From Treponema sp. (GTDB lineage: Bacteria > Spirochaetota > Spirochaetia > Treponematales > Treponemataceae), in NCBI RefSeq assembly GCF_052169735.1, contig NZ_JBQNBW010000004.1, positions 548 through 64,547 of the forward strand: a DNA stretch of 64,000 nt, written 5' to 3'. Position numbers and translations under genes: made by a program. Shown here in pieces: positions 19,158 to 27,793 of this stretch (positions are counted from its first letter, which is position 1; each line of letters begins with the position of its first letter). The notes beneath the pieces are model-generated. The model had not been told where the DNA came from, ran no database searches, and saw nothing but the letters and a program-made list of their open reading frames with translations.

Positions 19158-20519
19158 ATGTACAAACCGCTTCCTTTTTTTCTCACTATATTCTGCCTCT
19201 GTTTTTTATGCTGTACCGTAACTGGTACGGAACTGTCTGTTTTACAGCAGACGACAGCAGCATCCCCAGCGCAAGATGAAACTGCCCCCCATTCTCATGC
19301 AGATAGCATACAAGCGAAAACTATTTCAGACTCCGCACTTCTGCTTACCTTTGCAGGGGATTTGATGGCTCATACCGTAAACTTTAATATGAAGAACTAT
19401 GATTTAATATATAAAGATATAGAAAAAATATTACATGATGATGATTTGAGTTTTATAAATGTTGAAACTCCTGTATGCGATACCCTGCCTCTTTCTTCCT
19501 ACCCTAGCTTTAATGTACACACCGATTATTTGCGGGCAGCGGTAACAGCCGGTTTTGATGTGCTCAGCTTTGCAAATAACCATACTAATGACCACAGAAC
19601 AGTAGGCATTGACGGTACACTTGCTGCAGCTCAGATAGTACAAAGAGAACGGAATGCAGCTGGAACCGTACCGGCATTGCTTGCCTATTCAGGATTGAAA
19701 GAACAGGTCGGCGAACCGTTTAAGATGACTCAACTCTACTACAAAGGTTGGAACATCCTTTTTTGTGCAGTAACTGAAATTTTAAATTCGTATGATTCAT
19801 CGAAGGAGCGACTTTACTATAGCCCTCCAACCGAAAAAGGACGAGCCGCCCTGCTGACAGCCATTCAAAAAGCCCGCGAGCAGTATCCGTGTGATCTTTT
19901 TGTCCTTAGTTTACACTTGAATGAACCTGAGTATATCCGCACTGTTTCAAAAAAGAAGAAAGCGTGGTTCCGGGATCTTGGAGAATCCGGAGTTGATATT
20001 GTTTGGGCTCATCATCCCCATGTTATGCAGCCATGGGAAACAATCACTGTGAAAAGACCCTTGTCCGCCGTATCTAGCGGTCAAAATCACACGGTGCAAT
20101 CCGATACCATATTGCAAAATCTAAATGGCATACTCACCGCGGCGGTTACCGGAGAGAGGATTCCGTGTGAAAATAATCCTACAAAGCCGCCTTTGAAGCC
20201 GATGGAAGAGCATCCTGTTTTTTGTATGTACTCAATGGGGAATTTTATTTCGGGGCAGCGCTGGCATGTCAATTATGAAGACCCGTCCTATTATCGTGAA
20301 TACACCGGCGATGCAGTAATGCTGCAAGTACAGAGCACCCGCAAGAACTCCGGAGGAATTGCCTTTACCGTGTCGCCTATCATGATTACACAGTACAACG
20401 AACCAAGCTATCCGGTGGTAAAGCAGTTTACTCCTACCTGGATTCAAACACTGAATGAGAAAGAACAGCGATATTTTAACCGCCGTTTTACCCTTATGAA
20501 AGACTATCTGCCGTTGTAA
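19158..20519 (+). CDS. CapA/PGA_cap family metallophosphatase-like protein, exported
   Basis: LTFAGDLMAH, SFINVETPV and SFANNHTNDH motifs. N-terminal signal peptide or lipoprotein-like segment. Confidence 0.8.
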   Translation: MYKPLPFFLTIFCLCFLCCTVTGTELSVLQQTTAASPAQDETAPHSHADSIQAKTISDSALLLTFAGDLMAHTVNFNMKNYDLIYKDIEKILHDDDLSFINVETPVCDTLPLSSYPSFNVHTDYLRAAVTAGFDVLSFANNHTNDHRTVGIDGTLAAAQIVQRERNAAGTVPALLAYSGLKEQVGEPFKMTQLYYKGWNILFCAVTEILNSYDSSKERLYYSPPTEKGRAALLTAIQKAREQYPCDLFVLSLHLNEPEYIRTVSKKKKAWFRDLGESGVDIVWAHHPHVMQPWETITVKRPLSAVSSGQNHTVQSDTILQNLNGILTAAVTGERIPCENNPTKPPLKPMEEHPVFCMYSMGNFISGQRWHVNYEDPSYYREYTGDAVMLQVQSTRKNSGGIAFTVSPIMITQYNEPSYPVVKQFTPTWIQTLNEKEQRYFNRRFTLMKDYLPL

Positions 20520-20652
20520 GGGATGTTCTCTTTTAAAGAAACTGCTCTATCGTAGAAAACGAAATTAATCAATAGCTCCAATGCTGATTGTGATCCTTAC
20601 TGAAAATCTCTTAAAAAAACGATTCGCAATCCGCTTTAGCGCATGGAGAAAA

Positions 20653-21212
20653 TCAATTAATGTACGAGTTCGGGGCTACTGTAATTTGGTCATCCCGTAT
20701 TGTGGCGTTCTTTTTCAGCATTGCTTTTACTGCATCGGTTTTTACAGTAAAATGTATATCGGCATGTACGTTTTCAAATGCTGTTTCGTCAATATCTTTT
20801 ATAACAGTAGACTCTATAATTACTGTTTTAAGATTCCTACAGGTGAAAATGCAAACGGACCAATTTCGATGACACTATCGGGGATAACAATAGCGGGTAA
20901 ATCGAAACAACAGGTAAATGCAGCGCTGCCAATCACCGTAACAGTGCGGGGTATCGTAACGCTTGTTAAAGAAGTGCAGGCAGAAAATGCCTCCCTATCA
21001 ATCAGCGTAACACCGGCAGGTATTGTAACACGTGTTAAACCGCTGCAGAAGGAAAAAGCAAATTTACCAATCTCTGTAGTACCGTTGGGTACTGCAAGGC
21101 TCCCTATGAGTCTCCTGGGATTGGTTGCTCCCATTACCATATCGCCCTCTATTTCTAAAAACTGCATATTTGCTTGTTCTTCGTCTGTAAGCGGTATTTT
21201 TGTTTGTTGCAT
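20653..21212 (-). pseudogene. BspA-type leucine-rich-repeat protein, frameshifted near 20845-20850
   Basis: LRR units run VTIPAGVTLIDREAFSACTSLTSVTIPRTVTVIGSAAFTCC...IPDSVIEIGPFAFS. The repeat then continues in another frame as CRNLKTVIIESTVIKDIDETAFENV... to a stop at 20653. Confidence 0.6.
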
Positions 21213-21232
21213 AGTATTCTCCTTTTACCATT

Positions 21233-22003
21233 TTAGACAGTTTTTCTATTCGGTGCAGCTGCCTTGAATATCGTTTTCTTTTGCATTAAAAAAAGTTCTG
21301 CATCCGTGTATTGCAAAACGATTTCGCCGCGTTCTACTAACTGACGGAGCTGCTCGATAATCTTCTGCCGGGATGCCCGTACTTCCTGTATGGGTACCGG
21401 TCCCATATAATCCAGCTCTTCTTTCACTGCTGCCGCGGTCTCTTTGGACATATTGCGTTCCATTTTTTCTTGTACGGCGGGACACGGTACACTGAACGCC
21501 CGCAAGAAGTCTTCTTTATCAATTTTACGCAGCAGTTTGATGATAGAATGATTATGCAGTAGAGCAATATCTTTAAAAAGGAAGATGCGCTTCCGTAATG
21601 CTGTGTATGCTTCATAGTTGGTTTTCTCTAAAAAGGATAGTACATTTTCCGTAAACCGACTGTCCGTAAGCCCGATCATCTTTTCTAAAAAATCTACACC
21701 GCCGAGTTCGCTGCTATACGGCGCTATCATATACAGTTCTATTTTATTCCGTATATCCGCTGCAATGTGTTCCGCCTCATCTTCAGATTCCTTGTTTCCC
21801 TGTACAAGGTTTTCGATAACCTGAAACCGTATACGATCGGGAAGCATCTGCAAAAGTTCAGCCGCTTTCGGCAAAGGCACATTCCTAAGCAGCGGCGGTA
21901 TAATCAGCAGATCTTCTTGCTGTAAAACTGCACACAGCGTTTTTGTATCACACTGCTCTATAAAGTCAAACGGTGTTTCTTGTTCATTTTTAGGTTTATT
22001 CAT
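21233..22003 (-). CDS. FliG paralog, middle plus C-terminal domains only
   Basis: Aligns by eye with the window's FliG (43854-44915) from FDFI onward, including RIFLFKDI / RMFVFEDI and NMSKETAAAVKEELDYMGP / NMSKRAASMLKEEMEFMGP. 256 aa against 353 aa. Confidence 0.8.
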   Translation of the reverse strand: MNKPKNEQETPFDFIEQCDTKTLCAVLQQEDLLIIPPLLRNVPLPKAAELLQMLPDRIRFQVIENLVQGNKESEDEAEHIAADIRNKIELYMIAPYSSELGGVDFLEKMIGLTDSRFTENVLSFLEKTNYEAYTALRKRIFLFKDIALLHNHSIIKLLRKIDKEDFLRAFSVPCPAVQEKMERNMSKETAAAVKEELDYMGPVPIQEVRASRQKIIEQLRQLVERGEIVLQYTDAELFLMQKKTIFKAAAPNRKTV

Positions 22004-22006
22004 CTG

Positions 22007-22254
22007 TTCCTTAAAATTCAGCAGGCGAACAAAATATCAATTTTGGAGGATGCTGAATTGGTACGCGATAGCGTACATATAATCTGTGATGTTTGCGTTA
22101 AGCAAACTCATCGGTTAACGAGGCACCCCTATTTGGTTGCCGAAGTTATACCTTCCTTAAAATTCAGCAGGCGAACAAAATATCAATTTTGGAGGATGCT
22201 GAATTGGTACGCGATAGCGTACATACAATCTGTGATGTTTGCCACAAGGCAAAC
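22007..22254 (-). repeat. Tandem duplication (146-bp period) of the leader-like element, copies A1 and A2
   Basis: 22007-22107 and 22153-22254 are near identical, with one mismatch seen over about 90 nt. A1 ends in AAGGA, 4 nt before the FliG-paralog ATG. Confidence 0.9.
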
Positions 22255-22352
22255 TCGCCGTGTTTTTCAGCTGCGCCATTTTAGCGGCTGAAAATAAACC
22301 TTCCATATTTATCATAACTCCTTCTTGTCAATTAAACATGAATTATTCTATA

Positions 22353-22388
22353 GGGTATCTCTAAAAAATGAGGTTTTTAAAGGTTCTC
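22353..22388. repeat. REP-like palindrome
   Basis: GGGTATCTCTAAAAAATGAGGTTTTTAAAGGTTCTC, downstream of the AAA+ gene. Confidence 0.5.
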
Positions 22389-22518
22389 TATACATTCTAT
22401 ACACTATTTTAGGTAAGTCTACTATTAGCCCGCAAACTTACCGGATCGATAGAGGAAATAGCCAAAAAAGCAAAAAAAGAATAAACTTTTGAGCTATTCC
22501 CTATCCGCACAAATTGCC

Positions 22519-24207
22519 TCAGCAAGAAAAGCCGATCCTTTGTTCATAATCATGGCCGATTTTTTCATGCTTGCAAAGCTCGTGCAGTGTTTCAATATTT
22601 GGGTGCATACCGGTTAATACTTCGTCCATCATTGCTTTGCGGACAATGTTGTCAATCTGTCCGCCGCTCAAATTGTAATTTTCCGCAAAAGCCGTCAATT
22701 CGTTTTCGCCGAGAAACTTCAGTTTTGATTTCCAGATTTTCCGTTTTGCCTCGACGGATGGATTTTCAAACTTGATCTTAAATAGAAACCGCCGTTCAAA
22801 TGCCGTATCTAAATTGTCAGCAAGGTTTGTCGTTGCAATCAAGATACCCTCAAGTTTTTCCATCTCTTCCAGAATAATATTCTGCATACTGTTTTCTGTC
22901 TGTGCCACATTGCTGGAATTGGTATCTTTCCGCTTGGAAAAAATTGCGTCCGCTTCATTGAAAAGCAGTATCGGCATCTTTCCATCTTGCTCCTTTTTAC
23001 ATGCACGGCAGAGTTGATGATAATCGGTAAAAATCTTTTTAATTTTCTTTTCGCTTTCGCCGAACCAGCATGATTTTACTTGGCTGATATCAACATGCAA
23101 AATCATCCGCCCCGTTGCTTTTGCCAGCTGATACACTGTTTCTGTTTTTCCGGTACCCGGCGCTCCGTACAGCAATACGGCAACCCCTTTAGGCAAACCT
23201 TTTTCCGAAAGCCGATTTTGTATTTCACAAAAATGTTCTTCCTGCAAAGAAGAGGTAAGACGGGCTATTTCCGCTTCATTTTTTTGCTCATAAAACAGGT
23301 CTTTTGCCGTAATTGCGTCCGGTTGAATAATACCGGTTCCCTGTGCCGGTTTTGTAAAAAGATCGATGTTTTCTCCTAACAACAGTTCTTTTGCTTTTTG
23401 GGTAATCTCAATCGTTGCATCGGTAAGCGTGCCTTTTTGATCGAAAGCGACTAAGTCCTCTTTAAATAAAATGAAACGTTCATCCATACACTCCCGTGCA
23501 AGAGCAAACTTTGTACTCGCCGGATACACGGTAGCGTCGAGTAATTCTGCAAGTCCTACTTCATCTCCGGTAATATAATGAGAACAGCAAGTGTAAAACA
23601 TCATCCGTGCCTGAAGATTTTTTTCACCGGGCAGTAATTGCTTTGTTTCAATAACAAAGGGGTCGTCTGCATATCTTTTTTCTTCTGCATTCATTATCCG
23701 CACCTTTATCCCCAAAGAGTGCCGACGGCATACTTCATGTCTGATTTTATTTACCATATCGAGTACATCCGTTTCAGCCGGTGCGGGGGCAGTGATAACC
23801 GGCTTTTCATTCTGCAAAAGACACTGCAAAAATTCTTCCGAAAACTGAAACGAACTGTCTAAACCTATTTTATCATCATGCAGTGCATTTACGGTATACA
23901 TATAATGTTTTACAATAATCGATTCGATATCTCCTCTACACGCCAACATCGTAAGCATTGAGCAGTCGAAAAAATCTGCGATTGTATTTAACCGGCAGGG
24001 TTTTCTCCTATTTTCAAAATGCAGGGCAAGCATAGCACAAAGAAGCCATGTCTGACGCTCATCCGTTCCAAAATAGTCATTCAAATGTGCAACAGCATGA
24101 GAAAATTCCTTTGAAGTCTTAATCTTTAACTTTGACCCGGCAAGTTTTTCCGCTACAGCGGCAACAGCTTCAATGACATTCATCGTCAATCCAACATTTT
24201 TCGGCAT
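22519..24207 (-). CDS. AAA+ ATPase (classical AAA clade) with a roughly 330-aa N-terminal region of unknown function
   Basis: Walker A GAPGTGKTE, Walker B ILLFNEADA, sensor or second region of homology TTNLADNLDTAFERRF. Confidence 0.85.
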   Translation of the reverse strand: MPKNVGLTMNVIEAVAAVAEKLAGSKLKIKTSKEFSHAVAHLNDYFGTDERQTWLLCAMLALHFENRRKPCRLNTIADFFDCSMLTMLACRGDIESIIVKHYMYTVNALHDDKIGLDSSFQFSEEFLQCLLQNEKPVITAPAPAETDVLDMVNKIRHEVCRRHSLGIKVRIMNAEEKRYADDPFVIETKQLLPGEKNLQARMMFYTCCSHYITGDEVGLAELLDATVYPASTKFALARECMDERFILFKEDLVAFDQKGTLTDATIEITQKAKELLLGENIDLFTKPAQGTGIIQPDAITAKDLFYEQKNEAEIARLTSSLQEEHFCEIQNRLSEKGLPKGVAVLLYGAPGTGKTETVYQLAKATGRMILHVDISQVKSCWFGESEKKIKKIFTDYHQLCRACKKEQDGKMPILLFNEADAIFSKRKDTNSSNVAQTENSMQNIILEEMEKLEGILIATTNLADNLDTAFERRFLFKIKFENPSVEAKRKIWKSKLKFLGENELTAFAENYNLSGGQIDNIVRKAMMDEVLTGMHPNIETLHELCKHEKIGHDYEQRIGFSC

Positions 24208-25135
24208 GTAATGCTCCTTCGTTTAAGCTAGGGATTAAACCGCCCAAAATAGTATGAGGTTTTTGGATGGTTATTTTGAATAGTATGTATTGAGATAATA
24301 TAGGAGGATAAGGGTGTATATTTTATGAAAAAAGTGTAAAGGTACGATAAATTTAAATGGATTTTCCATTATTCGTGCGTACATTTAATTTAGAAATAAC
24401 ATGCTATGAAAACAGTTAATCGATTACCCATCCTGCATCAATCATTTCTGTAACAGAACTAAAAGCGGCAATAATTTTATCATTCGGCTTAGATATAAAT
24501 CCTCCTTTCATAATCATATTCGGCGAGTAGCAATGTTTATTCGTGCGGAGGTTTTAATACCCCGCCGCTTGCGTCGTAACGAAAGGTATTAAAGCCGACT
24601 GCAACCACCTTATGGAACACACTGCGTCGTACGGCAAAAAAGTGTCCTCAACGTATCATAGATACGCCTCCGGTTAGAATTTACTAAGCGCCTTGTATCT
24701 GCTCCGCCTGTTTGCAAAAATCGGTTCGGAAGCGGCACGGATACCATATCTCTTCATATTCCAGCAATCGGGTTTTAACAGGATGACTATTCATTAATGC
24801 TCATAAGCTGCATCGCGTGTATGCACAGGGACACTACTGAACAAGCGCCGCGCTATCGTACAATAGAGTTTGCGGTAGCAAAGATTACAGTTGGGAATTG
24901 CTAAAAACTGTAAGCTCATCAGCTTTACTGATAGCGCTTCTTCTAAAAATCTATATCTTCGTTCTTTTGCAGATACCAGGGGAGAAATGATCAAAGCTTC
25001 ACGTCCAGGTCAGCCGTTTCGGATGTTTTGCGTGAGGTATCGGTATGGATGACGCACTGAAAGTCTAAATACGCGCTGCTCCCTTCCTGTCATTGTGTGT
25101 AGAGGAGGGGCGGGCAACAGCGTTTTGCGAGTATT

Positions 25136-25176
25136 GGCATCCTCTAAAAACTATACCTGAGTTTTTAGAAGATGCC
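25136..25176. repeat. REP-like palindrome, best-preserved copy
   Basis: GGCATCCTCTAAAAACT-ATACCTG-AGTTTTTAGAAGATGCC, about 60 nt downstream of the ackA stop. Confidence 0.7.
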
Positions 25177-25234
25177 CTATTGCATCAACCGGTGCAGTGG
25201 TATGTACATCGATTGATGCAGGTGAGGAGGTGTT

Positions 25235-26584
25235 TTAGTGAGCGCCGGGAATCTTTACAACGATGCTTGCAAGTTCCGGTTTCTTTTCCAAGTCTTTCTT
25301 TAAGCCTTCAGCCCGTGCCTTGTTGACATAATCGGGTGACTGGAATGAATATGTGAACTTGGTATGTACATCGTATGTCCCTTTCATCAGCGCATAAGCG
25401 TCCTCTGTCATAACCAGTTCTTCATCAGTCGGGATAACGAATATCTTTACCGGGGAATCGTCAGCGCTGATACAGGTTTCTGCATTGCGGGTACGGGCAA
25501 GCGCGTTCTTTTTAGGATCGATCTTGATGCCGAGGTGGGTTAAACCTTCGCAGACTGCGAGCCGTACATCGAATCCGAATTCGCCGACACCGGCGGTAAA
25601 GACGATTGCATCAGGTTTTTGACCGAGAGCTGCAATATAGGAACCGAAATATTTCTGTAAGCGGTATACTTCCATGTTAAACGCAAGCCGTGCCCGGTTA
25701 TCGCCTTCTTCCATTGCCTTAGAAACATCACGGCGGTCAACATACTGCCCGGTAACGCCGAGTAGACCTGATTTTTTGTTCAAAGCAGTATCCATTTCTG
25801 CCGGTGTCATTCCGGTTTTCCGCATAATATAGAAGGGAAGTGCCGGGTCGCAGTCGCCGGAGCGGGTACCCATCACCAAGCCTTCCAAGGGGGTCAGCCC
25901 CATCGACGTATCAAAGCACTTGCCCTGCTTGACGCAGCACATCGAAGCACCGTTTCCGATATGGGCAATAACGATATTGGTATCTTCCGGTTTTTTACCG
26001 AGGATGACCGCAGCGCGTTTTGCTGTGTATAAAAAGCTCGTTCCATGGAATCCGTAGCGGCGTGCAGAGTATTTTTCGTACCATTCGTGGGGAATTGCAT
26101 ACATAAAGCTCGTTTCCGGCATTGTCTGGTGCCATGCTGTGTCGATAATTGCGCAATGCGGAACATTGGGCAGTACCTTCTGAGCAGCTTCAATACCCAT
26201 GATGTTTGCAGGGTTGTGCAGCGGACCTAGATCCTGTACTTCGCGGAATGTATTGATGATTTCGGGAGTTACGACAACCGATTTGATAAACTTGTCGCCG
26301 CCATGGGTTACGCGGTGCCCGACAGCTTTGATAACGCTCATATCAGTGATAACACCGACGGAAGCGTCTGTGAGTGTTTTAATGATGAGTTCTACTGCAT
26401 CGGTATGAGTGGGGCAGGGATTTTCCAGTACATACTTGTCTTTTCCCTTTGCCTCATGTGTAATCACACTGCCGGGCTGTGTTACCCGCTCTACCACACC
26501 TGATGCGAGGACGCTTTTATTGTCCCAGTCATACACCTGATACTTTACTGAAGAACTGCCGCAATTCAATGTTAAAATAACCAT
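25235..26584 (-). CDS. ackA: Acetate kinase with a C-terminal extension
   Basis: [17 protein letters not shown]-terminus and FHGTSF, HIGNGAS, GTRSGD motifs. 449 aa. Confidence 0.95.
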   Translation of the reverse strand: MVILTLNCGSSSVKYQVYDWDNKSVLASGVVERVTQPGSVITHEAKGKDKYVLENPCPTHTDAVELIIKTLTDASVGVITDMSVIKAVGHRVTHGGDKFIKSVVVTPEIINTFREVQDLGPLHNPANIMGIEAAQKVLPNVPHCAIIDTAWHQTMPETSFMYAIPHEWYEKYSARRYGFHGTSFLYTAKRAAVILGKKPEDTNIVIAHIGNGASMCCVKQGKCFDTSMGLTPLEGLVMGTRSGDCDPALPFYIMRKTGMTPAEMDTALNKKSGLLGVTGQYVDRRDVSKAMEEGDNRARLAFNMEVYRLQKYFGSYIAALGQKPDAIVFTAGVGEFGFDVRLAVCEGLTHLGIKIDPKKNALARTRNAETCISADDSPVKIFVIPTDEELVMTEDAYALMKGTYDVHTKFTYSFQSPDYVNKARAEGLKKDLEKKPELASIVVKIPGAH

Positions 26585-26770
26585 GAAAAACTCCTACTTA
26601 CTTGATACTATGAATACCGCATATAATGCTTTTTGAGAGGTATTCTTTTTTTATGACTCTTTAGTATACCGCAGTCTATAAGCTGCTGTAAAGACTTAGG
26701 CAAAAATTAATCGGAAAGCGCTTTAGAGAAAGACACCTTCCTCAATCCGCCGGTGATGCAAAACAGCGGC

Positions 26771-26897
26771 ATTAGACCTATTCGATAACTGCGTTTTCGA
26801 ATAGGTCGACGAGTTCTAAATCGCGCAAATAGCACGATTTAAAACATCGCATTTCACGGTAACCTGTTCAGAAACGGAAGTTTCCGAACAGGTTTAT
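26771..26897 (+). repeat. 127-nt three-hairpin MITE-like element, copy 1
   Basis: Three stems: GACCTATTCGA/TCGAATAGGTC, GTTCTAAATCG/CGATTTAAAAC and AACCTGTTCAGAAAC/GTTTCCGAACAGGTT. The termini are imperfect inverted repeats. Mostly identical by eye, with scattered substitutions, to the reverse complement of 49527-49653. Confidence 0.85.
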
Positions 26898-27559
26898 TGT
26901 CTCTCACTGTGTTTTATGGTATGGTAGTCGTCATGGTTGTGTTATTGCTTTTGTGCTTACCGCTTGTATTTGCTTCTTATGCATTTCAGCTGGAAGATAA
27001 AAATAGGCATATTTTTTCATTTTTTTTAGGAATATTTACGGCAGGTTTGCTGATTCCTGTGGTTTCGATCGTATTTCCCCTCGCACTGCACAACATTGAT
27101 TCGATGAAAAGTTATGTGTATCATGCGTTTTTTACCCATACGATTGTGCCGCTATTGATCACAGCGCTTGCCGTATTTCTCTTATCGGGCTTTCAGCCCT
27201 TAGCAGTACCAAGCGGATTATTCGGTCTATTCACCGTAAAAATATATCAGCAGCTTTTTTTTACTAGTGCAGATCCTCGTGTGATGCCCGTTGTGTTCTA
27301 TATATTGCTGTATGCAAGTACGCTGTTTATTTTTGATGCGCTGCTGCATTTTTGTGCGGAGGTAACATTTTACTATTATACTCTATGCGGTCTATGTTTT
27401 TTGGGATTTCTTGGTCTTCTTTTCGGTGCTTATTTCGGATGGGGACTCTGGTATTTCGGAAATATAAGCTCTGTATCTGCTGTTGCTCTTTTTGCAGGAC
27501 TGACGGTATTGGCTCTGGCGCTGCATATTACGGTGTACCGGAGAGCCGGCTCGGTATAA
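26897..27559 (+). CDS. Polytopic membrane protein of unknown function
   Basis: Hydrophobic 220-aa ORF. The TTG start abuts the repeat, so the true start is uncertain. Confidence 0.5.
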   Translation: MSLTVFYGMVVVMVVLLLLCLPLVFASYAFQLEDKNRHIFSFFLGIFTAGLLIPVVSIVFPLALHNIDSMKSYVYHAFFTHTIVPLLITALAVFLLSGFQPLAVPSGLFGLFTVKIYQQLFFTSADPRVMPVVFYILLYASTLFIFDALLHFCAEVTFYYYTLCGLCFLGFLGLLFGAYFGWGLWYFGNISSVSAVALFAGLTVLALALHITVYRRAGSV

Positions 27560-27719
27560 AAATAGGATGTCAACCAAAGAAAAACTACTAAAAAGGTCTG
27601 TTTTTGAGGATTTACCCTCTTGTAAATTTTTCGGTCTTTGCCGATACTGCAAGTAGAGTTCTTTAGCCGCTGCAGAACAGACTGTTCCGTTATGAGTTGA
27701 TAGAAGGAGCTTGAGTTGT

Positions 27720-27748
27720 TTGACAAAGTTTCTTTTTCAGATTATAAT
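27720..27748 (+). promoter_or_regulatory. Consensus sigma70 promoter
   Basis: TTGACA, 17-nt spacer, TATAAT. The -10 ends 45 nt upstream of the FlaA-like ATG. Confidence 0.65.
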
Positions 27749-27793
27749 AAACAGGATTTCTTAGAATATCGGCGGAAATAAAAGGAGTTGTGA

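Noticed and set aside
20581-21267. 228-aa plus-strand ORF
   Set aside because: It is antisense to the LRR gene. Its translation is low-complexity and hydrophobic with no motifs, whereas the minus strand shows clear LRR periodicity.
24416-24517. 33-aa minus-strand ORF (MIMKGGFISKPNDKIIAAFSSVTEMIDAGWVID) in the 1-kb non-coding region
   Set aside because: It is too short, with no independent RBS; the AGGAGG lies inside the ORF. No recognisable family. It may be a relic of a decayed gene.
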